This document shows positions 16,135-24,830 of a stretch of DNA of 64,000 bases, piece by piece (the stretch's first letter is position 1; every line of letters starts with the position of its first letter). This DNA is from an uncultured Clostridia bacterium (GTDB lineage: Bacteria; Bacillota; Clostridia; Christensenellales; CAG-917). The stretch lies in contig CAKQLT010000001.1 in the NCBI GenBank assembly GCA_934254715.1, positions 4,095-68,094 of the forward strand, written 5' to 3'. Position numbers and translations under genes: made by a program. The notes beneath the pieces are model-generated. The model did not search any database and was not told the DNA's origin. It saw only the letters and a program-made list of their open reading frames with translations.

Positions 16135-17262
16135 ATGGAAATAACGGTTGAAGAATTTGAAAAACTGAATAAAGACGAGAGAATCGTGTTCGATATTCGT
16201 CCCGAAACGGATAGGGCGTACGGTTTTATTCCCGATTCGGTGAGCGTAAGCGAGGACGAACTCAGAGCGAATCCGCCGACGGATAAGGACAAAGCCGTAA
16301 TCGTGTATTGCGCAAAGGGCATACTCAGCGTGGATATTGCCGAGCAGTTTTGCGAGCAAGGGCTGAAGGCGTACAGTTTGCGCGGCGGATATTCCGAGTA
16401 TTTGCGTGTTCAGATGCAAAAGCAAGTGGACGATGATTTTTGCAAGAAGGTCGAGCAGAGCATAACGGGCAAATTCAAAAAGGACGTATTCGGCAAATTC
16501 TACAAGGCGATAAAAGAGTATCAACTCATTAAAGACGGCGACAGAATCGCAGTGTGCATATCGGGCGGAAAAGACTCGATGCTTATGGCGAAACTCTTTC
16601 AAGAATACAAGCGGCACAGCGATTTGAATTTCGAGGTCAAGTATCTCGTTATGGACCCGGGATACGCAAAGGCGAACAGAGAGATAATAGAGGAAAACGC
16701 GCGGCGGCTCAACGTGCCGATAACGGTGTTCGAGACGGACATATTCGAGTCGGTATACAACGTAGACAAATCGCCTTGCTATCTTTGCGCGCGTATGAGA
16801 AGGGGTTATCTGTACAACTTCGCAAAGCAACTCGGTTGCAACAAAATCGCGCTCGGACATCACTACGACGACGTAATCGAAACCATACTTATGGGTATGT
16901 TGCACGGCGCGCAGATACAGACGATGATGCCCAAACTTCACAGCACCAACTTCGAGGGAATGGAACTTATCCGCCCGTTGTATCTCATACGAGAGGACGA
17001 TATAAAAGCGTGGCGGGATTACAACGGACTGCGCTTTATACAATGCGCTTGCAAGTTTACCGACACTTGCACGTCTTGCAACAACGGACAGAACCACTCG
17101 AAAAGACAAGAAACCAAACTGCTTATTCAAGAACTCAAGAAGTCTAATCCCGACGTTGAAAAGTGCATATTCAGAAGCGTTGAAAACGTGCAACTCAACA
17201 CGGTGATAGCCTACAAGAAAGACGGAATCAAGCACAGTTTTCTCGACGAGTACGACAAATAA
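16135..17262 (+). CDS. rhodanese domain fused to TtcA-family PP-loop tRNA thiolase
   Basis: The N-terminal ~100 aa is rhodanese-like with the active-site loop VIVYCAKGILS. It is followed by the PP-loop CISGGKDS, the TtcA-type CYLCARMRRG, and a C-terminal CACKFTDTCTSC cysteine cluster. Confidence 0.8.
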   Translation: MEITVEEFEKLNKDERIVFDIRPETDRAYGFIPDSVSVSEDELRANPPTDKDKAVIVYCAKGILSVDIAEQFCEQGLKAYSLRGGYSEYLRVQMQKQVDDDFCKKVEQSITGKFKKDVFGKFYKAIKEYQLIKDGDRIAVCISGGKDSMLMAKLFQEYKRHSDLNFEVKYLVMDPGYAKANREIIEENARRLNVPITVFETDIFESVYNVDKSPCYLCARMRRGYLYNFAKQLGCNKIALGHHYDDVIETILMGMLHGAQIQTMMPKLHSTNFEGMELIRPLYLIREDDIKAWRDYNGLRFIQCACKFTDTCTSCNNGQNHSKRQETKLLIQELKKSNPDVEKCIFRSVENVQLNTVIAYKKDGIKHSFLDEYDK

Positions 17263-17303
17263 TAGAATTAGAATATTCTCACAACACAATGTTTAACAAT
17301 ATA

Positions 17304-17337
17304 AAACGCGCACTTAAAGTGCGCGTTTCGTTATTTT
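17304..17337. terminator. bidirectional intrinsic terminator
   Basis: aaacgcgcac-ttaaa-gtgcgcgttt followed by cgttatttt, between convergent genes. Confidence 0.7.
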
Positions 17338-17359
17338 GTTGTAAATCGTAAACGATTGA

Positions 17360-18559
17360 TTATTTGTTGTTGGGCACTTCGATGACGACGTCCGAGAGGG
17401 CGAAGGAAGCGCACGGGTGAATGTAGCCGTAGACCTTGTCCGCGTCACGTCTGCCGTCCGTGTTTTCGGGGATAAAGACGTTGCCCGACAAAAGTTTGCT
17501 TCTGCACCAGCCGCAAATGCCGCCTCTGCAACGGTTCGGACCCGCTATGCCGGCGCGCTCGAGCGCGACGAGCATATTCTCGTTTGCGTTGCAAGGAACG
17601 TCGTATTCCTTGTCGCACATCTTGACGTGCATATTGAAAACTTTGTCCTTTGCTTCTTGCGGATAGCAGGGAAGTTTCCAAGGTTCTTTTGCAGAACCGA
17701 ACAATTCCTTGCGATAGAATTTTTGCGCAATTCCGAGTTTTGCGACTTCGCCGTCGAGGAATGTGTACATCGACTGCGGACCCGACGCGAATATGCTGTA
17801 TTGTTCGTTGCCAGCGTATTTCTTGATGAGTTCGGCGGTGATAAAGCCGTTTTCGCAACCGTCTTTTTGCTCGTCGGAAAGGACGTATACGACTTTGACT
17901 TTGTCCGTGCGTTTGCAAATTTCCTCAAATTCCTTTTTGAAAAGAACGTCTTTTTCCGTTCTGCTTCCGTAAAGAACGGTGAGGTTGAAGTCTTCGTCGC
18001 CCGCGAGAATCGCGTACGCCATAGAAAGGATAGGCGTAATGCCGCTGCCGCCAGCAACCGCCACTACGTTTCGCGCGTCGCGCAAGCCTTCGTAGAAGAA
18101 AACGCCTTGCGGACCCGAAGTGACGACTTCTGTGCCGACTTTCCAGTTGTCGAGAATATAGTCGCTCATAAATCCGCCGGGGGCGCGCTTAACGGTGAGA
18201 ACGTACTTGCCGTCGAGAGAGAAGTCCGGACCGCAAGATATGGAAATCGGGCGCGCGATGAGTTTGCCGTCTATGTATTGGCGCACGACGACGTATTGAC
18301 CCGCTCTGAAAAACGCGGGGTTCGTGCCGTCTTTCTTTTTGAGGAAGTAGGACTTGACGTTTGCGTCGTGTTCGACGATGTCGGAAATGACGAAATCTTG
18401 CGTTTCGGGGTGTCTTTCTTCCGCTTTTTTGTTGGTTTCGTATTCCTCGACGAGGGGCGTCGCGGGCGCGGATTGAATCATTTTTTCTCTGTTTTTGGGT
18501 CTTGTGGTGAAGTAGAGTATATCCATCAATCCGACGGAACTAAATTTAACGTTTTTCAT
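17360..18559 (-). CDS. ferredoxin-NAD(P) reductase-type flavoprotein with C-terminal 2Fe-2S ferredoxin domain
   Basis: RPISIS (an RxYS-type FAD motif), the GGSGITP NAD(P) motif, and C-terminal CRGGICGWC...C. The ATG at 18559 follows GGAGG and overlaps the upstream stop (ATGA). Confidence 0.85.
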   Translation of the reverse strand: MKNVKFSSVGLMDILYFTTRPKNREKMIQSAPATPLVEEYETNKKAEERHPETQDFVISDIVEHDANVKSYFLKKKDGTNPAFFRAGQYVVVRQYIDGKLIARPISISCGPDFSLDGKYVLTVKRAPGGFMSDYILDNWKVGTEVVTSGPQGVFFYEGLRDARNVVAVAGGSGITPILSMAYAILAGDEDFNLTVLYGSRTEKDVLFKKEFEEICKRTDKVKVVYVLSDEQKDGCENGFITAELIKKYAGNEQYSIFASGPQSMYTFLDGEVAKLGIAQKFYRKELFGSAKEPWKLPCYPQEAKDKVFNMHVKMCDKEYDVPCNANENMLVALERAGIAGPNRCRGGICGWCRSKLLSGNVFIPENTDGRRDADKVYGYIHPCASFALSDVVIEVPNNK

Positions 18560-20124
18560 TTTTCGTCCTCCTTCATATCTTCGAGAAGCAAAACAGCCAT
18601 TTCTTTGCCGTTGATATAGGTTTGGCTGTATCCGTCGCTTCTTGCGCCTGCCGCGCCGCAGGTTTTGAAACCGTGTATGGGTTGGTCTTTCTTGATTGCC
18701 ATAAGTCTGGATACCAACGTGTCTTGATTGTCCGTATTGTATCCGTAGGTCGTGCCTTGCGGCGTTTTGAGGTAGTGCGCGAACGTCCACGGCGAAGCCA
18801 TCTCGATTTCTTCGATGCAGTCGTGAATGATTATGCCCGTATCCTTTTCAAAGTTGTCCATAACGCGTTTGAAAAGGTCTTGTTTGCGCTTGACGTATTC
18901 TCTTTGCGAGAATTTTGCCCACACGTCTTCGGAATACGGAATCGTAAACGTCATAACGGTCGTGCCTTTTGGCGACGCTTCGGGATTTACGACGTTGTAG
19001 ATGACCACGACGCTATGGTCGTTGCCCTCGTAGTGCTTGCTCGCTTCGTAGTTCTTTTTGGTGTCGAACGTGCCGGGCATAAAGATTGTGTAGTCTTTTA
19101 TGCCGAGTTCTTCCACGCTCTTGTTGAGCGCGACGTACGCGTTGAAGAATCTTATGCCGTGTTTAGAAGCGTGCGCTTTCTTGATTTCGCGCTCGGGCAC
19201 GGGAATACGCTTGTCCAAAAGTTTGGTATACGCGGTTTGCGGATTGACGTTTGCAATGACGTAGTTCGTCTCGATAAATCCGACGCTCGTATCCACGCCG
19301 ATAATTTTGCCGTTGTCGTCGGAAACGACCTTGTTCGCCTTGACGTTGAGCCACAACTCGCCGCCGAGTTCGCGGAAACGTTCAACGCCCGCGACGGTCA
19401 TTCCGTGCGCGTTGTATTGGCAGATTGCGGGGCATTTCGTCGCGTACATATAGAGCAACCACGCTTGATGTACGAAACTCAAACGCTCGTAGTCCATACC
19501 GATGTACGTCCAGTAAACGTCGAGAATATCGATTGCGTCTTCGGGCATACCGATTTTTCTCAAAACCGCGTTGAAGGGACGTTCCGCTATGCGCAAGAAG
19601 TTGGGGAAGCGTTTGAGATACAACATACTGTCCACTTTGACCATATCGTTTTTGTCGAACTTGTCAAAGATGTGATCGGAAAAATAGTCGTGTGCGTCCG
19701 AACATTCTTTTGCGAGATCGAAAAAGGTTTTCATCGGTTCGCGAGAGCCGGGGACTGCCTTTTCCATAACGTCGATGATGTTGTCGATTCCGACGGGAAG
19801 GGTGAGATCGAAGCGTTTGCCGCTGCGAGTCGTGCCGATACATCTGTAAAGTTCGGGGACGAGAAGCCAGTTGATGTTGAGTTTGTAGTCTTCCATCATA
19901 ACTTTGCCGGGAAGACCCCAGTCGCCTTTGCTTCCTATGCCGCAGTACTCGTGCAAGGATGCGTCGAACTCGAATCTGCCGCGAATGAAACTTGTCGAGC
20001 ATCCGCCGGGAAGATTGTGTTGTTCCAAAAGCAACGTTTTTTTGCCTGCCGAAGCGAGGGCGAGTGCGGCGGAAAGTCCGCCGGTGCCTGCGCCGATGAC
20101 GACGGCATCGTATTTCTTTGCCAT
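18556..20124 (-). CDS. phytoene-desaturase-family (CrtI-like) NAD(P)/FAD-dependent oxidoreductase
   Basis: The N-terminal dinucleotide fold YDAVVIGAGTGGLSAALALASAGKKTLLLEQHNLPGGC. The start is trimmed to the ATG at 20124, which follows AAAGGAGG. Confidence 0.8.
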   Translation of the reverse strand: MAKKYDAVVIGAGTGGLSAALALASAGKKTLLLEQHNLPGGCSTSFIRGRFEFDASLHEYCGIGSKGDWGLPGKVMMEDYKLNINWLLVPELYRCIGTTRSGKRFDLTLPVGIDNIIDVMEKAVPGSREPMKTFFDLAKECSDAHDYFSDHIFDKFDKNDMVKVDSMLYLKRFPNFLRIAERPFNAVLRKIGMPEDAIDILDVYWTYIGMDYERLSFVHQAWLLYMYATKCPAICQYNAHGMTVAGVERFRELGGELWLNVKANKVVSDDNGKIIGVDTSVGFIETNYVIANVNPQTAYTKLLDKRIPVPEREIKKAHASKHGIRFFNAYVALNKSVEELGIKDYTIFMPGTFDTKKNYEASKHYEGNDHSVVVIYNVVNPEASPKGTTVMTFTIPYSEDVWAKFSQREYVKRKQDLFKRVMDNFEKDTGIIIHDCIEEIEMASPWTFAHYLKTPQGTTYGYNTDNQDTLVSRLMAIKKDQPIHGFKTCGAAGARSDGYSQTYINGKEMAVLLLEDMKEDEK

Positions 20125-20140
20125 AATTAACCTCCTTTTG

Positions 20141-20151
20141 TGGTCAGACCA
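20141..20151. promoter_or_regulatory. GntR/FadR-type operator candidate 1
   Basis: The perfect palindrome TGGTCAGACCA, 17 nt upstream of the oxidoreductase ATG. Confidence 0.45.
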
Positions 20152-20219
20152 GTGTAATTGAATGATAGCATATCGATAAATAAAAATCAATATCCGCGTT
20201 AAAAATTATTCTAAACGTA

Positions 20220-20248
20220 TTGATTTTATTACAACTGTCGCTTATAAT
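20220..20248 (+). promoter_or_regulatory. candidate promoter of the GntR gene
   Basis: TTGATT, a 17-nt spacer, then TATAAT. Confidence 0.5.
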
Positions 20249-20258
20249 AGTGGTTGTG

Positions 20259-20277
20259 ATTGTGGTTTGACCACAAT
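20259..20277. promoter_or_regulatory. GntR/FadR-type operator candidate 2
   Basis: ATTGTGGT-ttg-ACCACAAT (8-bp arms), just downstream of the -10 of the GntR promoter. Confidence 0.5.
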
Positions 20278-20292
20278 CAAAGGAAGTGAAAT

Positions 20293-20991
20293 ATGCCGTT
20301 CGTACCCGTAAAAATCAAAGTTCCCACCCTCAAAGAGTTGTTGCTCACACAACTCGAAGACCAGATTTTGCTCGGCAATCTCAAAATCGGCGAAAAACTG
20401 CCGTCCGAAAGAGAAATGAGCCAACAGTTTTCCACAAGCAAAACCGCCGTACACGACGCTATTTGCGAACTCGAAAGAAAAGGTTTCGTCGAAGTCGTGC
20501 CGAGAAAGGGCGTATACATTGCCGACTATTTGAGGACGGGCACGATTGAAACGTTCTTTGCGCTGTTGCGATTCAACGGCGGCAAACTCGACGAGCAAAC
20601 GACCAAATCCATAATCGACCTAAGAAGATATATCGAACTTCCGTCCATAGAGGGCGCGGTTCTCAATCTCGCGGGCGAAAAGTGCGCCGCGCTCGACGAT
20701 ATTTTGCAAAGAGGGGAAAAGGCGTACGAAAACGACAACCCGCACGAACTTGCCGAATGTCTGTTCGAGTTCACGCGCGAAATTTGCATACAAGCCAAAA
20801 ATCAAATCACGCCGATGTTGTTCAATGCGTTCAAGCCGCTCACCATTCCGTTTTGGGAAGAAAGTTTGCGCCGAAACGGCATAGAATACGGCAAGCGCGT
20901 GCTTGAAGAATACTACGACGCCGTGCAAAATCAGGACGTCGAAAGGGCAAAGAAAATCGTCAACGCGGATTTGACGAACTTCTTGTCGTAA
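20293..20991 (+). CDS. GntR-family (FadR/FCD subfamily) transcriptional regulator
   Basis: N-terminal winged helix LPSEREMSQQFSTSKTAVHDAICELERKGFVEVVPRKGVYIA and an all-helical C-terminal domain. It is divergent from the oxidoreductase pair. Confidence 0.9.
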   Translation: MPFVPVKIKVPTLKELLLTQLEDQILLGNLKIGEKLPSEREMSQQFSTSKTAVHDAICELERKGFVEVVPRKGVYIADYLRTGTIETFFALLRFNGGKLDEQTTKSIIDLRRYIELPSIEGAVLNLAGEKCAALDDILQRGEKAYENDNPHELAECLFEFTREICIQAKNQITPMLFNAFKPLTIPFWEESLRRNGIEYGKRVLEEYYDAVQNQDVERAKKIVNADLTNFLS

Positions 20992-21070
20992 CGGGGCGAA
21001 CGGAAGCGGGAATAGAAGTAGGAATACGAGAAAATCAAAAATCGATATTTTATAGGCAATATAAAACGAA

Positions 21071-21095
21071 AAGGAATCGCGCGCGATTCCTTTTT
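21071..21095. terminator. intrinsic terminator after the GntR gene
   Basis: aaggaatcgc/gcgattcctt palindrome followed by ttttt. Confidence 0.6.
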
Positions 21096-21187
21096 ATTCG
21101 TTTTATTGATAATTTTGCGTATTACACGGTTTTCGTTTTATTTCAACGCGTTTGTCGTCTTGAAATACTTTTAATTCTGGCGGTGAA

Positions 21188-22330
21188 TTACAGCAAAAGC
21201 GTTTTGTCTTCGCCCATACCCATCATTCCGTCGAGAATGTACTTTTTGCCGTCCTCGTCGCGCAGATAGCCTTCGAGTTCGCCGAAAGCGACGTAGTAGT
21301 CGATGTTCACAACGAGCGCGTGCATAATCATCGGGTTCATATTGTAAACCTTGAATTTGAGGTTTACCATATCGTGTTCGTCCTTGATTATCCATTCGGA
21401 ATGGTCGCAGAAGTCCTTGCTTTCGGGGCTTCTCGTGAATTTTACGGGCGGAAGTATGCTCGTTTCGCCTTCGAGCCAGAGGATATTTTCGTTATATTTT
21501 TCTTGGTCTATGGATTGGTTGCGGGTGAGGTTGAAAGCGAGCCATTTTTCTTCGCCGTCAACGTTGCATTTGCCCATAGTCGTAACCCAGTCGTAGTGCG
21601 CGCGACGGGGATAGTAGCCTCTGTGGTCGTCGACGACTGCGGTGCTGTCGCTGTCGGTGAGCATTTCTTCGCCGTTGATGACCAGTCTGCCTTCTGCCTT
21701 GAAGAAGTCTTTTTGACTGTAAAGCGGACGATTTTTGCCAAATGGTATGCTTGCGACGCAAGGCTTGGAAAGACGGGTGAGAGTGAAGTCGTATTCGATG
21801 GTCGCTTCGCCGTAATTTTCCTTGATAGCCTTGACGATGGTCTTGTCTTTTTGCGTGACGGTTATGAGGCATTTGCCCTTGTGGTTGCCTTGAAGTTCGC
21901 ACTTGCCGTCTTGGAAGTTGTTGACGTATTTGACGTGCGATACGTCGGTTTTGCCTTCCGCGATTGCGCCGTTGATGAGGTTGGGCGCGATGACGGTGTC
22001 TTTGGATTTGAGGTTGGTGTCCCAGCAGTACACTTTCTTCGTGCGTTTATCGTAGAATATGTTGAGCGTTTTGCCGAAGATACCCATATCGCAAACGACT
22101 GCGAGAAGCACGCCGTTTTTGAGGTGAACTTCCGTTGCTTCCCAAAGCGTGAGTTTGAGGCGGTTCATACATTGAGGCGCGCGAGTGGGTTTTTTGAGTT
22201 TCACTAGTTCCATTTGCTCGAACTCTTTGTCAAACGTTCCGAATGCGCAGATACCTTTTTCGTCCACCATACTTTGGGGGGTGGGGACGGCGCGTCTTTT
22301 TGGGTCGATATACTTTGAATATTGTCCCAT
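21188..22330 (-). CDS. DUF2804-like protein
   Basis: 380 aa, with YYPRRAHYDWVTTMG and NENILWLEGE segments that I associate with DUF2804. The ATG at 22330 follows AGGAGA. Confidence 0.65.
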   Translation of the reverse strand: MGQYSKYIDPKRRAVPTPQSMVDEKGICAFGTFDKEFEQMELVKLKKPTRAPQCMNRLKLTLWEATEVHLKNGVLLAVVCDMGIFGKTLNIFYDKRTKKVYCWDTNLKSKDTVIAPNLINGAIAEGKTDVSHVKYVNNFQDGKCELQGNHKGKCLITVTQKDKTIVKAIKENYGEATIEYDFTLTRLSKPCVASIPFGKNRPLYSQKDFFKAEGRLVINGEEMLTDSDSTAVVDDHRGYYPRRAHYDWVTTMGKCNVDGEEKWLAFNLTRNQSIDQEKYNENILWLEGETSILPPVKFTRSPESKDFCDHSEWIIKDEHDMVNLKFKVYNMNPMIMHALVVNIDYYVAFGELEGYLRDEDGKKYILDGMMGMGEDKTLLL

Positions 22331-22454
22331 AATCATTCTCCTTATCAATATAATATATCAATGCGAAAGCACAAATATTTCGCTGTGTTGCAAAAACTCG
22401 GACTTTATTTTGTCGAAACGATATAATAAACGCCGAGTTTTGCGATTTGTGACG

Positions 22455-23675
22455 TTATTTCGTTTGTTCGTCGATTTTCTCGACGAAGTTGCAAAGGATT
22501 GCGAACGTGTTTGCAAGGCAGTCTTTGTCAACGTCTTCTGCAACGTCGAGTCTAGTGTGATAATAGCGAGGAAGATTGAAGTTCATCGCCGTCACGCACA
22601 CGCTCTTGAAGCCGCCTTCGGTGTACGCAGCGGCGTCCGTTGCGCCCAAAGCGACGCTTCCTTTCTTGCAAGGTATGCCTTCTTCTTTGCACGCTTCGAG
22701 CCATATTTCGGTGGCTTCGGGGTCGCACTTTATAAGTCCGTTCATATCCTTGTGATTGACGAGCATATGGTCTTGCTCGCGCAACGTGTCGAGGCAAAGT
22801 ATGGTCGTGGGGCAGTCCTTAAAATCGTTTTTGTGTTCCTTGACCCACGCTTTTGCGCCGCGCAATCCCGCTTCTTCGCCGCCTGCGCAAATGCAACCGA
22901 CTTCGGTGTTTTCAAACTCTACGCCGTTGTCTTTGAGCGCTTTGAGAAAACTTATGCCCATAGCGCAACCCGTGAGGTTGTCCGTCGCGCCGTCCGCGAT
23001 AATGCGGGGATTGAAAAGCACGTACATCAAAATCCAGAAGGGAACGAACACGCCGCTTACGCCGAGCGCGATGAGCAGATTCGTGTCGGTAACGCGCGTG
23101 AACATACCGCTTATCACGCACGCCGCGATTGCAACGCCCGTGAAGTAGAGTATGCCGATTATCGAAATGAGGAAGTGCGCGATGAACGCCTTTCCGCCGA
23201 GATAGTAGTTGAGAGTCCACTCGTACGCCGCGTCCGCGTGTCCGCTGATGAGAACTCTGCGCTTGACTTCGCCGGTCGGCTTTTTGATTGCCATCATATT
23301 GAGAGATTCGCGCTTGGGGAAAAGTTTATCCACGACTTTGCGGTAAAGCACGAATTCCAAAATCATAATTTCCATACCCACCGCAATGAAAATGAGCGAG
23401 AGCATAGGCATAAAGAACGCCGCCACGAACGCGCCGAGAATGAGGGTTACGGTGATGTAAATCCAACCCATAAACGCGAGCGTATGTACGTCGTATTTTT
23501 GAGTGGTTACGCTGTCTGCGTAGGGCGCGACTTCTTGCGCCATATAGTTTATCGCGTCTTTTTCGCCCTTGCTTCCGCAGTCGCGTTTGCCGAAAGACGA
23601 GGTGACGTGCGAGATAAAGTCAAACATATAGTTTGCGCTTTGTTGCTTGTTTTGTTTGAGTTTTTCGAGTTTCAT
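22455..23675 (-). CDS. M28-family metallopeptidase-like membrane protein
   Basis: FGKRDCGSKGEKDAINYM, ISGHADAAYEW, and GGEEAGLRGAKAW (a zinc-ligand EE-type motif), with about 5 TM helices inserted between the halves. The start is uncertain: ATG 23675 is preferred over TTG 23717. Confidence 0.7.
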   Translation of the reverse strand: MKLEKLKQNKQQSANYMFDFISHVTSSFGKRDCGSKGEKDAINYMAQEVAPYADSVTTQKYDVHTLAFMGWIYITVTLILGAFVAAFFMPMLSLIFIAVGMEIMILEFVLYRKVVDKLFPKRESLNMMAIKKPTGEVKRRVLISGHADAAYEWTLNYYLGGKAFIAHFLISIIGILYFTGVAIAACVISGMFTRVTDTNLLIALGVSGVFVPFWILMYVLFNPRIIADGATDNLTGCAMGISFLKALKDNGVEFENTEVGCICAGGEEAGLRGAKAWVKEHKNDFKDCPTTILCLDTLREQDHMLVNHKDMNGLIKCDPEATEIWLEACKEEGIPCKKGSVALGATDAAAYTEGGFKSVCVTAMNFNLPRYYHTRLDVAEDVDKDCLANTFAILCNFVEKIDEQTK

Positions 23676-23792
23676 AATTTCCCTTATATCGTAGGCGGTG
23701 AGCCCTTTATAATTCAATTATAAGTATATTTTCGTTGAAAATCAATATACAAATGTTCGATTATCAACGGATTTTTCGGTAATCGCGGTTTA

Positions 23793-24698
23793 TTACGCAC
23801 GCTTTTCGGCGGTTTCGCCGTACGCCTTTGCGATACGTTCAATCATTTCGGTGTGGGTAAAAGTTTTGTGATACACGATTGTGGTTTCGCGCGTCATCGA
23901 AAGATTTTCGATGGGTAGAGCGACCAGCGACCCTTTGTGGATTTCCTTGTAGCAAGTGCTTTTTGAAAGAATGGATACGCCCACGTCTTTTTTGACGAGG
24001 TTGCGGATTGTGGCGATACTGTCAACTTCGATTATCACGTCGAAGTTGTCGATGGATTCGCCTATCGATTCGAGTGCGGCGACGAATTTTTCGCGAGTGG
24101 ACGACGAGGGCAGTCGCAAAATGAGGTGCTGTTTTTTCAGTTCTTGCAACGAAATCGACGCTTTTTGCGCAACGGGGTTCTGCGTCGAGGCGATACACAC
24201 GAGCATATCCGTGTCGATTATGGTGAATCTGAAATCGGGATTTGTGGGTTTTTCCTCGATAATCGCCATATCTATCTCGAAATTTTCGAGCATAGCATAA
24301 AGATTTTTTATGGTGTCCGTAATAAACGTTATCGAAATATTATCGTCGCCGAGCGCGATTTTCGACAACGCTTCTATCATCAATCCGCTCTCTTGCGTGT
24401 GCGTTATGCCTATGCGAATCTTGTAGATATTGGTTTTCGCGTTCTTGATTTTCTCTTTCATCTTTTCGCAGAGCGCGCGCATACGCTTGGCGTACAAAAG
24501 TGCGATTTCGCCTTCTTCCGAGAGGATAAGTTCCCCTTTTTTGCGCAAAAACACGGGTGCGCCGAGTTCTTCTTCGAGTTTTTTGATATGGTGCGAAACG
24601 GCGGGTTGGGTAAGTCCCAAAACCTCGCCCGCTTTCGTGAAGTTCTTCGTTTCGCACACCGTTACGAAAGTTTCCAGTTTGTCGTCGAGAAGTGCCAT
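23793..24698 (-). CDS. LysR-family transcriptional regulator
   Basis: N-terminal HTH FTKAGEVLGLTQPAVSHHIKKLEEELG and a LysR substrate-binding domain. The start is trimmed to the ATG at 24698. Confidence 0.9.
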   Translation of the reverse strand: MALLDDKLETFVTVCETKNFTKAGEVLGLTQPAVSHHIKKLEEELGAPVFLRKKGELILSEEGEIALLYAKRMRALCEKMKEKIKNAKTNIYKIRIGITHTQESGLMIEALSKIALGDDNISITFITDTIKNLYAMLENFEIDMAIIEEKPTNPDFRFTIIDTDMLVCIASTQNPVAQKASISLQELKKQHLILRLPSSSTREKFVAALESIGESIDNFDVIIEVDSIATIRNLVKKDVGVSILSKSTCYKEIHKGSLVALPIENLSMTRETTIVYHKTFTHTEMIERIAKAYGETAEKRA

Positions 24699-24715
24699 AT
24701 GATTTCCTTTATTAC

Positions 24716-24741
24716 GATATTTTATAATCGCATAAAATATC
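24716..24741. promoter_or_regulatory. candidate LysR binding site
   Basis: The perfect 9-bp inverted repeat GATATTTTA-taatcgca-TAAAATATC in the divergent LysR/antiporter intergenic region. Confidence 0.45.
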
Positions 24742-24830
24742 ATAATTTGACTTTATATTGTTTACAGCATAGCATATCAAAGCGAAACAAACAAGAGGCA
24801 ATTCAAAATTCGATTGCCAAAGAGGCGAAA

